From: a virus
Taxonomy: Duplodnaviria > Caudoviricetes
Direction: 5' to 3' (one strand)
IMG/VR virus record: IMGVR_UViG_3300028624_000003
Location: 96,001-160,000 of that record
DNA length: 64,000 bases
Position 1 is the stretch's first letter. Every line of letters begins with the position of its first letter. The notes beneath the pieces are model-generated. The model worked only from the letters and a program-made list of their open reading frames with translations, was not told where the DNA came from and did not search any database. A program made the position numbers and the translations under genes. Shown piece after piece: positions 18,330 to 28,483 of this stretch.

Positions 18330-21300
18330 TTGAAGAAGTCCAGCGTGTTCAGTAAGAAGAATCTGATCAGACTGATCGATTTCGATAAACTGCATGCCGA
18401 TTCTCCTGGGGCAAGAGCACTCAATGACTCTGACTTAACAGGACGAAAACAAGCAGCAGAACGAATAAGTCAGGCGTTCTACGACATTGAAGCAGAACTA
18501 GGGTTTGTAGCTTCTTGTCAATGCAAAGAGTATCGAGGCAACTACTACGCGGGACATGTCTGCAAGATCTGTGGTACTGTGGTATCTACTGAATTTGCAG
18601 AAAATATCGAGCACGTGAATTGGCTGATCCTACCAGATCACGTCCCGCCTGTCATGCACCCGGTATTCTTTGCTGCACTGAACTCATTCCTGGGAAAAGT
18701 CAAAGTCAACGACGCAAAGCTGGGGAAGAAAAGTATCCCACTTCTGCAGTCTATACTGGATCCCAGTGAAGAACTATTCGAGCCAGTAAAGACACACATC
18801 AGAGCGCAAGGCTTCCGGTACTTCTACAAGCACTGCAAAGAAATCATGAACTTCTTCTTTGAAGTCTATCCAAAGACAAAAAGTAAGAAGGACGTCATAC
18901 ACATCCGTGCTCTTTATGAAGAGTACAAAGACAGGATGTGGGTCAAAAAGATACCGGCACTACATCCTACACTCACGCCACAGGCCAAAGAGTGCAGGGT
19001 ACGTACAATCGACCATGCTGCCGGTTACATCATGTCAGCAGCTGCTGACCTCTCTGCTCTATCCTACGAATCCAAGCGATGTATTACTGATTCGAAGTAT
19101 GTCGACCGTCAGCTATGGAAGATGTACGTCAACGTCATCAAGTACACTGAACAGATTCTCGAGAAGAAGTTCGGTGACAAATATGCACACGCTAGACGCC
19201 ACGTCATGGGCGCACGGATTCATTTTTCTGCCAGATCCGTCATCGTACCTATCGTAGAGCCTCACATGGGTGATGAGATTCATCTCCCATGGAAGATCGC
19301 ACTAGGTGGCCTCAAACTCGAGATTCTGAACATCTTGACCACTCGCAGTGTGATAGATGTAGAAGATGAACATGGCGAGCGTGTAAAGAGACCGCACACA
19401 ATCGCCGAGGCCACAGCCAAATATATGCGGGCACTCGTCGTATACGACGAAGACATCAAGAAGGTCATCGATCTCTTGATCAAAGAGTGTCCGTGTAAGG
19501 GTCTACCAATACTTTGCGGGCGCAACCCGACGCTCGTACTGGGTGCAATTCAGCTTCTGTACTTTACCAAGGTAAAGACGGATATGGCAGATGAAACCAT
19601 CGCCATATCTCCTCGAATCTGCAAAGCACCCAATGCTAAATACAACTCCTCGTTGCACATCGCCCCTAGCAGGAGGCGTACATGCAGCAGTTCGTCAATT
19701 TACCTGGAAAATACTCAGGATATTCAATATCCGCGGACGGTAGAATTCTCGACAACTCTACCGGACAGTTGGTAGTTCCTACCAAAGGTAAAAATACTCC
19801 GTACTACGGGGTCACAATGCGTCTAGTTGGTGATGCTCGAAGTACTACACAACTAGTGCATCGACTGATCGCATTGGCCTTTGTTCCAAATGAAACAGGA
19901 ATATCAGCAGACGAGTTACAGGTCAATCACATCAATGGGAACAAACTCGACAACCGTCCATGTAATCTTGAGTGGGTCACTCAGCAACAAAATTGCGCGC
20001 ATGCGTATCGAACAGGTTTGCGAAACGACAATAAACCTATTCGCATGGTTGCAGAGAATACAGGTGAGACTAGTATAGTCTACAGCTTATCCGAAGCTGC
20101 TAGACTGCTAGGTGTGCACCCTGCCTCACTTCATGAGCACATGAACACAGAACGTCGACAATGTTTACCATATCGTGGATACTACGTAACTTATCACGAC
20201 GATCGTCTAGATCGTTTTCAGAATAGGGTACGGCGTATGTGCGAAGGGAGTTGGTAAATTGGCTCGCGCAGAAGTAATTCTGTGACGATAATCTCCTTAA
20301 TTGCTGGGAACCCCTTAGAGCTCTCGTAGCTACAACGTAAGGATGAAATATGCCTAAGCGTGACAGCTCAAAAATACGAGAGATTGGGCAATCAGCAGCC
20401 AAGCTCCGAATAGGAGAAGGTTCAACGACTATTCCTGAAATGGAAGTACAGACTAAGCAGTCTGGGAATAGGAGACACCCTACTGGGGTGAAGATATAGT
20501 CTCATCTTTAGTGAAAGCTAAAGCTGCAGGTAATGCTGCGAGTACCATCTAGCGAATGGTACTGAAGATAATGGATTTCGATTCACAGGTCGAAATAAAA
20601 TCCCGGAATAAAGCAGGGACGGTCTGCTCGACCCAATCTGAACCGAAGGCTACTAGGGATAGTAGTCAGGGGCAACGCGTAGTCTCAGGGCTAGAACAGC
20701 TATCAGGGACCACGAGGCCGGGACATTCGAGAGTATTCGCACTGAGGAGAACTAGTGGAGAATACTGTGGAAATTCCTGGGTATCCAGGATACCGAGCAT
20801 CACGAGACGGACACGTCTGGAGTACATACAGCAATAAGTGGTTGTGCGAGATGCTGCACCGGCGAGGATACCCTCAGGTGTTGCTGAAAATCGACAAATC
20901 GACCTACAGATTGCGGTATGTTCATCGGTTAGTAGCACTGGCATTTATCCCAAATCCAAAACTGATGACTCAGGTCAATCATATCGATGGCAATAAACAG
21001 AACAATTGCGTCGATAATTTGGAGTGGGTAGATAACCTAGAGAATGCGCGACATGCGATGGCTCATGGGCTGATGCCACATGCAAAAATCGATGAGCCGA
21101 CAGCTCACGTCATTTGTCAGAGATTGGAGAATGGCGAAAAAGTGGTGGATATTGCAAGGGACTTAAATGTACCCTACTATACCGTACACGCCATTCGGCT
21201 AGGTAGAAACTGGAAAGAAGTATCTACTCAGTACACAATCCCTGGGAAAAGAAAACGTAGAGTTGTCTTTACACCAGAAGAAGTCAGACACATCTATTAC

Positions 21301-21744
21301 AACGCGGTTGTGAAGGGGTATCCAATTGGAACTCTAGCGGAGCAATACCAGGTGGATCCAGAGCTTATACGCAGGATTGCTTCTGGTAAAAACTACCGAA
21401 AAATAACCCGAGAGATGTGCGATGCTTTCGAATGAAAACGTACGCTGAGCTGCGCTTATACGAGCTCCTACCGAAAGTAGGACCCAGAAATGGGAAGGCG
21501 CAGAACTATCGGATAAAAAGCCGGTAGGGTAACATAACTGGGTGACGAAATGTACATCATCTTCATCAAGGAGATGGGTATGGTTCCGTTTCTACAAACA
21601 CTACACCCACGGATGACGATGATTTCTAAGTCGGACTTGTCGGTAGGCGAACTGGTCATGCCTACAAGTCAGGCTACGGTACATCTCAACTCATTCCTCA
21701 ACATGGGGTTGGATGCACCGAGATCGCAGAGATTCGAACTATAA
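18330..21744 (+). CDS. nvRNAP catalytic beta-prime N-terminal subunit (phiKZ gp55-like), spliced: 18330-19637 + 20574-20582 + 21541-21744 (506 aa)
   Basis: Zn finger CQC...CKIC; GARIHFSARSVI; GRNPTL; the joined exons read APNA-DFD-GDEMY, restoring NADFDGD. Confidence 0.9.
19638..20573 (+). ncRNA. Group I intron 1 (HNH gene in the extended P1 loop)
   Basis: 5' exon ends in U; guide AAATTGGC 20256-20263; core elements AATTGCTGGGAA, AATCAGCAGCC, GTTCAACGACTA, AAGATATAGTC; terminal G at 20573. Confidence 0.9.
19682..20257 (+). CDS. Intron-encoded NUMOD4-HNH homing endonuclease
   Basis: YSISADGRI; VHRLIALAFVPN...VNHINGNKLDNRPCNLEWVTQQQN; C-terminal HTH-like segment; AGGAGG RBS. Confidence 0.9.
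   Translation: MQQFVNLPGKYSGYSISADGRILDNSTGQLVVPTKGKNTPYYGVTMRLVGDARSTTQLVHRLIALAFVPNETGISADELQVNHINGNKLDNRPCNLEWVTQQQNCAHAYRTGLRNDNKPIRMVAENTGETSIVYSLSEAARLLGVHPASLHEHMNTERRQCLPYRGYYVTYHDDRLDRFQNRVRRMCEGSW
20583..21540 (+). ncRNA. Group I intron 2 (HNH gene in the P8 loop)
   Basis: P1 ATTTCGAT/GTCGAAAT with a U-G splice pair; P3 TCCCGG/CCGGGA; P7 GCGTA/TACGC; P8 CATTCGAGAGTATTCGCAC/GTGCGATGCTTTCGAATG flanks the HNH gene; terminal G at 21540. Confidence 0.85.
20755..21435 (+). CDS. Intron-encoded NUMOD4-HNH homing endonuclease with HTH repeats
   Basis: IPGYPGYRASRDGHV; VHRLVALAFIPN...VNHIDGNKQNNCVDNLEWV; GAGGAG RBS before GTG. Confidence 0.9.
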   Translation: MENTVEIPGYPGYRASRDGHVWSTYSNKWLCEMLHRRGYPQVLLKIDKSTYRLRYVHRLVALAFIPNPKLMTQVNHIDGNKQNNCVDNLEWVDNLENARHAMAHGLMPHAKIDEPTAHVICQRLENGEKVVDIARDLNVPYYTVHAIRLGRNWKEVSTQYTIPGKRKRRVVFTPEEVRHIYYNAVVKGYPIGTLAEQYQVDPELIRRIASGKNYRKITREMCDAFE

Positions 21745-21746
21745 CC

Positions 21747-21778
21747 AGTAGAGAGGGATCTCACGATCCCTCTCTACT
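21747..21778 (+). terminator. Terminator hairpin, TCAC loop, T-tract
   Basis: AGTAGAGAGGGATC-TCAC-GATCCCTCTCTACT followed by TTT. Confidence 0.8.
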
Positions 21779-21894
21779 TTTCAATAAAGGAGATGTGAAC
21801 AGTATGGACAAAGAACAAACGGTTGAAGTAGTACTTGATTAGTTACTCTGATTCTGAATATATGTACTTTTGTTTAACTGAGAGGGTAGAAGAA

Positions 21895-22587
21895 ATGACA
21901 TGCAAAGAAAATGACAGTCAGGACAAAAAGATAGACCGTGAACTAGCCGCGCTCATGAAGCGACTCCATGATGCAATTTCGAGAATCTACGACGATGCTG
22001 AAAAAGATAAAGTCTTAGCTGGATATCTGGAAAAGTATATCAAATTGACTACCACAGATTTCCAGCGTATGAACTATGATGAAGTTAAGAACCAGAGGTT
22101 TCTCGAGTCTGCGATATTGGCGCCGGCGTTTGCTTCATTTCGTGAAGTTTATGGTGAAGGAAATATGACTTGTAGGGATGCCCACAATACATGGAACCGT
22201 ATTTTGGAAGTACTACAAACAAAAGAGCGTAGCGCTTATGTGAAGTATCTTTACTCGCTCGTACCGCAAAACGGGGAACCTTACATAAAAGAAAATCGTG
22301 AAAAACTTGCACGCTTAGTGAAGAGATATTTAGAAGTGATACGCGCAGAAATTGAGTATGCTGAAGAATATGCGGAAGAACTGCTCAGTGAAACGCAACT
22401 GAGTACTATTGCAGCACGCCCCAAATTCGGTGTCGCTAAGTTCAATGGTGCTATCTACAGATGGCTCGTGTCAATGAACAGTGGTCGTACACCATGTAGA
22501 CCAACTGAATTTTGGCTTGACCGTGTGTCTGCATTCGTTGTATTTTTGGTTTGTTTTGCCATAATCTTACTGACAGTAATCTATTAA
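21895..22587 (+). CDS. Hypothetical protein with C-terminal transmembrane helix
   Basis: Ends VSAFVVFLVCFAIILLTVIY; start site uncertain. Confidence 0.65.
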   Translation: MTCKENDSQDKKIDRELAALMKRLHDAISRIYDDAEKDKVLAGYLEKYIKLTTTDFQRMNYDEVKNQRFLESAILAPAFASFREVYGEGNMTCRDAHNTWNRILEVLQTKERSAYVKYLYSLVPQNGEPYIKENREKLARLVKRYLEVIRAEIEYAEEYAEELLSETQLSTIAARPKFGVAKFNGAIYRWLVSMNSGRTPCRPTEFWLDRVSAFVVFLVCFAIILLTVIY

Positions 22588-22588
22588 A

Positions 22589-22891
22589 ATGGGGCAGATG
22601 ACCATGATTCAACGTGAACAAATAACGAAGCAATTTCGAGAAGTACTCGATGCTTCGTACATGCTCAAACCAGAAGATTTTGATCTTCGAGATCACGTAG
22701 AACTCAAATGCAAACTGGACAAGATGGAGTACGCCACGATGACGTACATCTACACTCTTCCCAGATGCATGTGGGTACATGCTCTGTATGTGTGGTTCGA
22801 TGATAAATACGTCACTACGCTGAGTCGCGAGATATTTGAAAATCGTACCCGCCAGTGGTATCATAAGGTCCGTTGGCGTAGCGTTTTTTAA
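22589..22891 (+). CDS. Hypothetical protein
   Basis: Abuts the upstream gene. Confidence 0.55.
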   Translation: MGQMTMIQREQITKQFREVLDASYMLKPEDFDLRDHVELKCKLDKMEYATMTYIYTLPRCMWVHALYVWFDDKYVTTLSREIFENRTRQWYHKVRWRSVF

Positions 22892-23035
22892 GTTTGGTAA
22901 TGTGTACCTAAGAGAATGTACCCACATTCAGTATATTTTCCGGTATACATTATTGAATTGATACATCGGCTAAGTTAACTGGCATTTAACATCTTACTGG
23001 TAAGGACAGTGATCCTTACGAAGGAAGTAAACGAC

Positions 23036-23896
23036 ATGAATTCTACTTACGCTGAGATGCTCGAAGAGTACATGGACATCATGATGAAGTGTTCTCGTGT
23101 TATCCGTCGGAATTCCGATGGAGAACCCACAGTCGACGATTCGTTGTTCGCCCCCGAGTTGCTACCGACTTACGGGATATTCGCAAAGTACTTCGCCACG
23201 GTGGAAACCATTGGTAAGGCGATGATCGACATCATCGGGTGGTGGCCTGACTCTCCTGTCGGACAATTCAATCTCGATTCGAGAGTCAGACACGAAGAAT
23301 CTGCATGCTACGCAGATATAGTGGGGACACTTTCGCTTCCTACTATGGGTCTCAGTAAGGACATGTGGCTCCAACTCATCGCAGACATCCGTACGAATCA
23401 GCAACTGGTACAACCGCAACATGTGCTAGTACATAGCACGGCACCCAAGCAGCTGAGAGAACGCGACACTGCTTTTGAAGATTACAAACAATTGCATGCA
23501 AGCGTTGCGGACATTGACGAACTGTGGCTTCTGCCAGTAGAGATCAAGAGGGATGTAGAGAGTCACTACTCGTCGATGGGTGCAAATGCGTGGTGCGAGA
23601 TTTCTTGCTTTCTTCGTGATGACCGGGTTCTTCTCCGTTGGTTCATGACCGAGGTTCCTCTGTATACACACATTGGTCGCGTCTCGTGTGTTCTTGCTGG
23701 TGCGTGCCAGAACAAAATTCGCAAGCTGAAAGAACACAACCACACGGGAATGCTCACCCATCGCAAGGAGATCATCCTGGACAATTTGCAGTATCCGGCA
23801 TTCAAGAACTCGAAGCTCTACTCGGATGCGGCACACAAGCAGATTCATTCGATTGAGGCGGCATTGACTGATGTTGTATATCGTCGGCGAAAGTAG
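23036..23896 (+). CDS. Hypothetical early protein
   Basis: Promoter variant TATACATTAT-TGAAT-TGA at 22944-22961; hairpin at 23908-23933 downstream. Confidence 0.7.
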   Translation: MNSTYAEMLEEYMDIMMKCSRVIRRNSDGEPTVDDSLFAPELLPTYGIFAKYFATVETIGKAMIDIIGWWPDSPVGQFNLDSRVRHEESACYADIVGTLSLPTMGLSKDMWLQLIADIRTNQQLVQPQHVLVHSTAPKQLRERDTAFEDYKQLHASVADIDELWLLPVEIKRDVESHYSSMGANAWCEISCFLRDDRVLLRWFMTEVPLYTHIGRVSCVLAGACQNKIRKLKEHNHTGMLTHRKEIILDNLQYPAFKNSKLYSDAAHKQIHSIEAALTDVVYRRRK

Positions 23897-23954
23897 CTGA
23901 AGATCACGGATGGGGCGAACTCTCGCCCCATCCTTACTTTTTTAAGGAGGATCT

Positions 23955-24578
23955 ATGAATCTCTTAGACCAGCTGTGCGTACCGGGCGGGTACAAGATAG
24001 TCACAGATACCGAAGAAAATTGGAACGCAGTCAATCCTGTCGTACCTAGCACAACAGTTTGTGTGTCAGTTGACTCGGGACATACAAATCTTCATTCGGT
24101 TGTAGTTGGCGACAACAAGTCACACTGGAAAGATCTGGTACGTACTAACAATATACTGCCGGGAGCTCCGTGTTCTACAGTTATGCTTCCTGTGTATATC
24201 GAGTTGGCAAAAGCCAAGAAAAATGAACAGATACTACTCGAAGCGTATCTTAAAGAAAGTCACAAATGTCAAAGTTGTACTAAACAACAAAGCACTGGAA
24301 GTATATGTCAGGAACCTGATGAGTTCCTCTTCGGTCCTGTAAGAAAAGAAGATGCTGCTTCGTTGATGGATCCTGCCAAGTATCCAGAATGGTTTCGAGA
24401 CGCCATCTACGAAGGAAAAGTTTCGACAGGTATGGATACACTTGGAACCATTGACGGTATGAAATGTGTGTGTCTGTACCACACCCCAGAGTGCAGATAC
24501 ATGTCATGCATTGTGAGGAAAACCGTCACCGGTGTGACACTACTGCCCATATACGACTACGTAAAGACTCAGTCGTGA
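23955..24578 (+). CDS. Hypothetical protein with a degenerate hyaluronidase/Mtd-type N-terminal motif
   Basis: AAGGAGG RBS; DTEENWNAVNPVV...VGDNKSHWKDL. Confidence 0.6.
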   Translation: MNLLDQLCVPGGYKIVTDTEENWNAVNPVVPSTTVCVSVDSGHTNLHSVVVGDNKSHWKDLVRTNNILPGAPCSTVMLPVYIELAKAKKNEQILLEAYLKESHKCQSCTKQQSTGSICQEPDEFLFGPVRKEDAASLMDPAKYPEWFRDAIYEGKVSTGMDTLGTIDGMKCVCLYHTPECRYMSCIVRKTVTGVTLLPIYDYVKTQS

Positions 24579-24634
24579 TGTACAGATATATTACTTAAAT
24601 GAACGACATTTACCACTGAAGCGAGAGGAGTTCA

Positions 24635-25303
24635 ATGTTGAGTAATCTTTCTGAGCTGGAAGCAATTCCATCGATGTCCAGCCTCCTCGGTTCACGAGGA
24701 GACCAAGCACTCTTGCGACAAATCAACAGCAGGACTGGATCGTCTTACTTCGGTTCTGATTCTGACAGGTACAGAAAACAGTACGAGACCTTCAAGGAAC
24801 GTATCATCGAACCGATTCGTCGAGCTAACCGTGAGGTGTGGGCACTCTCGTCCAAACTCATGAAAGTAGACGAGATCAGAGAACTTGGTACGATCGAAGA
24901 TCTCAGAGACATTCCGCCATGTATGATAGTACCGGCGATCACGACTGAACCAGTGTTCAACCTCCTGCGACAAGGTCGAATTTCAGCATACGGGTATACC
25001 GCAGAAGAACTTGAAGCTGAGAAGGTCATGTACGATCGACTCATCGATCGCAACGGTACGATACATCTGGACGATCCTGAACAGTTCTATACTGATGAAG
25101 ATCGTGAACTGAGAAAACGTCTATCCGAGGACTGGGAAAAGCCTGAAGAAGACATCCTCATCTTCAGTATCACCGATGACCATGATGACCCTGAACTCAC
25201 GCCAGAAGAACTGTACATGCTTTCACGTGCTCGCCGACTGATGGAAGATGTGGTAGACACCACGTATCTCGACCCCACGGATATCGACAATCTTCGTGGG
25301 TAG
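24635..25303 (+). CDS. Conserved hypothetical protein (jumbo-phage core block)
   Basis: Promoter motif at 24585-24602; GAGGAG RBS; ends DPTDIDNLRG. Confidence 0.7.
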   Translation: MLSNLSELEAIPSMSSLLGSRGDQALLRQINSRTGSSYFGSDSDRYRKQYETFKERIIEPIRRANREVWALSSKLMKVDEIRELGTIEDLRDIPPCMIVPAITTEPVFNLLRQGRISAYGYTAEELEAEKVMYDRLIDRNGTIHLDDPEQFYTDEDRELRKRLSEDWEKPEEDILIFSITDDHDDPELTPEELYMLSRARRLMEDVVDTTYLDPTDIDNLRG

Positions 25304-25383
25304 TCATGGTAGATTGAGGGGACCTCACTGGTCCCCTCGATTCTATAGTCTTCCATCACCATTAATTTTTTGTGAGGGTGAAC

Positions 25384-25803
25384 ATGTCACAGACACCTTG
25401 TATTCCGACACTGGACGCATCTGTAGGGATAATCACATCCGTCCAGGATATCGTCGCATATGTCATACGTCACATACTTTCACAGCCAGTAGGAGCTACC
25501 AATCTCTTTACTGCAAGCTGCGTGTCATTTCGTGAGTTGTATGCCAAGTACCATCACGACAAAGATGCACTGGCTGCAAGACTGCAAAATGAACTCGGCA
25601 ATGTGTTTTCAAGGTACTTTCCCAACAACAGCACCAGAGTCGAAGTCACCGCTACCGAAGTGGTGAATGCCGTCTATAATCTCGAAATTCGAGTATACGT
25701 GACCGATGAAGAGAATTCAGGTAAACTGGTTCTCACTGAGTCCAAAGTAAAGATCGGCGACAATGGTGTAATGGATATCGCATTCACAGGAGCTAAGATA
25801 TGA
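25384..25803 (+). CDS. Conserved hypothetical protein
   Basis: ATG 25384 after GAGGGTG. Confidence 0.65.
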   Translation: MSQTPCIPTLDASVGIITSVQDIVAYVIRHILSQPVGATNLFTASCVSFRELYAKYHHDKDALAARLQNELGNVFSRYFPNNSTRVEVTATEVVNAVYNLEIRVYVTDEENSGKLVLTESKVKIGDNGVMDIAFTGAKI

Positions 25804-26438
25804 GTACTCCCAAAAATATGAGCCCAGAAATGATGGCAAAGATGGAACAATTCGTAGAAGGGCTGGATCAGCTTGAGTCTATGAAATCCAAAGTGTACCT
25901 CAGTGAATTTCGCAGGTATGCTCCTCTGTTCCGGAAGATTGAAGATATCAAAGATATCGGAGAAGAAGAAAAGCGAGTACTGCAACAACTCTCGTACGAG
26001 TATGAGCAGCGATTCGATTACTACCAGTGCATTACCGTTTTCAAAGACGGTCATCCCATGGATTCTTCCAATCAGGACAACATCGCGTTCATCGTCCCTC
26101 CTGCAAGAATGAATACCGAAGTCATCATGAATGACGAAGCTTCCAGTCTGGAATATCTGCACATCCAGAAAGAACACGAAACGAAGCAGGAAATAGACAC
26201 TGCATACGGTCTACTTAGCCGGGATTTCGTTCAGACCCAGAACAAGTCCATTTCTGGTCAAAAACTGGCATTGGTCAGACTGGGTGTGCTTCAGCTAGGT
26301 ACTGACATGCTCCGCAAAACCAACCCTGAATTTGCCGCTGCTTTGGCAAAGGCGAAAGCAGGATCTGCAGAAGCTACAGTATCTGACGATACTCCTGTAC
26401 TTTCCGAACCACTCGGTGAAGTGGAGGATGACGACTAA
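25800..26438 (+). CDS. Hypothetical protein
   Basis: ATGA overlap; acidic C-terminus. Confidence 0.65.
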   Translation: MSTPKNMSPEMMAKMEQFVEGLDQLESMKSKVYLSEFRRYAPLFRKIEDIKDIGEEEKRVLQQLSYEYEQRFDYYQCITVFKDGHPMDSSNQDNIAFIVPPARMNTEVIMNDEASSLEYLHIQKEHETKQEIDTAYGLLSRDFVQTQNKSISGQKLALVRLGVLQLGTDMLRKTNPEFAAALAKAKAGSAEATVSDDTPVLSEPLGEVEDDD

Positions 26439-26440
26439 TC

Positions 26441-27577
26441 ATGAAAGTGATCGTTCTTGCTGACTTACATCTAGGTCATGCCAGAGTACTGGCAGAAAAG
26501 ATCCGAATGGATTTGAAGCAAGTGCATGAGAGATTACACGAAGTCGATCTACTCATAATCGCAGGTGACGTATGGGACAAACTTCTTCTTATTGACAATC
26601 GACAGACACAAGAAGCACTGAGTGCTATTATCGAGCTGTTGCAAGTTGCCAAGGAGAATAATGTCGCAGTGCGGATCATTCGTGGTACATGGACACACGA
26701 CAGGAATCAATTGGTAGTTCTGGAAACTATCAATGATACTGGCAAAGACTTGCGAGCAGACCTAAGATGTATCAGTCAAGTATCGATCGAGTATCTCGAT
26801 GATCTTGACCTCAGGTTACTTTATCTGCCTGATACTGACAATCTACCTTACAAAGATAGCGATGAGCTGATGAGGGTAGTGCACGAGTTGTTAGATTCTG
26901 CAGGTTGGGATTACGTAGATCTGGTAATCGGTCATGGATATTTCGACCATGTATTTCCTCCGATGGCAAAAACTGCGAATACGTTTCTCCTTCGCTCAAA
27001 TCAGTTTAAAGGGTGGGTGCGGGGCTCTGTCCTCATGGGGCATGTTCACACTCATTCAACGAAAGAAAACGTCACATACGTAGGCAGTTTTGACCGGTTA
27101 AATCATGGTGAAGAAGAATCGAAAGGTTTTCTGGAGCTTGAGCGAATAGACGGGAAATGGACGAAAACATTTATCGTCAACAAAGATGCAACAAAGTTCG
27201 TTACCATATATCCGACAGCAGCCGAAACTACAGTAGACGCACTGTTGGAGAATGTGTACGAGCAGCTAGACCATAAGTTTGGCAGTGCTGTTAACGGACA
27301 CCTTCGTATCGCTCTGGATGACCCCGATCTGCGGCAGATGATCATCCACTGCTTGCAGCAAAAATTCGGTTCTGATCTCGTAGTCACTGGAATAACGACA
27401 AAGAAAGACAGTAAGCCTAAACTGCAGATAAAAACCGGGTATGAACTTGGTGCAGGTATGACTGAGCTACGAGTGAGTGAAGAAAACTTACCAGAGCACG
27501 CATTCCTTCATCTTCAAGAGATGCACGGTACATCACCACTGAGCATTGAAAAATTGCGCGAGCTTCTAGGCGAATAG
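26441..27577 (+). CDS. sbcD: SbcD/Mre11-like metallophosphoesterase nuclease
   Basis: ADLHLG, AGDVWD, RGTWTHD, GHGYF, MGHVH, YVGSFDRLNHGEEESKGF motifs. Confidence 0.9.
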   Translation: MKVIVLADLHLGHARVLAEKIRMDLKQVHERLHEVDLLIIAGDVWDKLLLIDNRQTQEALSAIIELLQVAKENNVAVRIIRGTWTHDRNQLVVLETINDTGKDLRADLRCISQVSIEYLDDLDLRLLYLPDTDNLPYKDSDELMRVVHELLDSAGWDYVDLVIGHGYFDHVFPPMAKTANTFLLRSNQFKGWVRGSVLMGHVHTHSTKENVTYVGSFDRLNHGEEESKGFLELERIDGKWTKTFIVNKDATKFVTIYPTAAETTVDALLENVYEQLDHKFGSAVNGHLRIALDDPDLRQMIIHCLQQKFGSDLVVTGITTKKDSKPKLQIKTGYELGAGMTELRVSEENLPEHAFLHLQEMHGTSPLSIEKLRELLGE

Positions 27578-27579
27578 GA

Positions 27580-28473
27580 GTGGGTATGTTCATATCTACC
27601 GAACAAGCCGAAATCCGTGGTATGGGTACGTACAAGATACTCGAAATGTTATCTGGTATGTCCAACAAACGGGTACCTACGTGGGATGTGATGTTAGTCA
27701 ATGTACTGACACTCATCAGAAATAATCTGGGTAAAAATACCAGAGACGATGAAGTAGCCAAATGGACCTACGACGACATTGACAACATCGTGAGCGCATA
27801 CGCTAATCACAATGCCAATCAGTCAAAGCCTGCAGATCACCCGCACTTCGTAGTTTATTTTCCGAATTATGAAGCTCTTCCTATGTTGCACAGACGTAAA
27901 CCGAACGCTACAACTGTTCGGCTTTACAAGATCATGGAAGAGATAATCAAAAAGCATCATCCTAGGACTATCAAAGGTCCGCAAAAAGATCAGTCGGTTA
28001 GTGGGGTAGAGTGTTACGTCACGCATGCAGGTGATAAGTACACTTACCCTCATCAGGTTCTATCGACGTTCATCATGAAAACTCTGCAGCAACAAAGACT
28101 GAGCATCTCTCGTTTGTTCGGTGTAGTTGACTGCAGGGTCGGAATGATCAGCCACTGTCCGATTGATCTCCACATGTCGAGATACTTGAAAAAGTTCTCG
28201 CTTATCGAAAGTTTCACTGGAGAAGTAAAGTCACTGGATTCGTTCGGAACAAAGATCTTCAAGAAAGATTTTCTTCCGTTCAATTCAGTGACTCATTTGC
28301 TGTTTGGTGATTCGGTTCAGATAGAACCAATGGCAAAAAACAAAACTAAGGCGTTACTACTCGAACGGGCACAACAGCATCGTTGGATTAGCCGTTCCGA
28401 GGCCTCTATAATCGACGATGTGGTGGTATCTGGGCTGATCCCCAAGCCGCTACTAACTACCGTCAAATTTTAA
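27580..28473 (+). CDS. Conserved protein (phiKZ gp66-like, possible nuclease fold)
   Basis: NVLTLIRN...SHCPIDL...LIESFTG...LPFNSVTHLLFGD; position after sbcD. Confidence 0.55.
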   Translation: MGMFISTEQAEIRGMGTYKILEMLSGMSNKRVPTWDVMLVNVLTLIRNNLGKNTRDDEVAKWTYDDIDNIVSAYANHNANQSKPADHPHFVVYFPNYEALPMLHRRKPNATTVRLYKIMEEIIKKHHPRTIKGPQKDQSVSGVECYVTHAGDKYTYPHQVLSTFIMKTLQQQRLSISRLFGVVDCRVGMISHCPIDLHMSRYLKKFSLIESFTGEVKSLDSFGTKIFKKDFLPFNSVTHLLFGDSVQIEPMAKNKTKALLLERAQQHRWISRSEASIIDDVVVSGLIPKPLLTTVKF

Positions 28474-28483
28474 GGAGAACTTC

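Noticed and set aside
19638-19775. C-terminal 45 aa of the 481-aa ORF
   Set aside because: Read-through into intron 1; not part of the spliced RNAP subunit
20556-20837. 93-aa ORF MVLKIMDFDSQ
   Set aside because: Intron sequence that happens to include the DFD microexon in frame
21550-21744. Separate 64-aa gene
   Set aside because: It is exon 3 of the RNAP gene, starting at 21541
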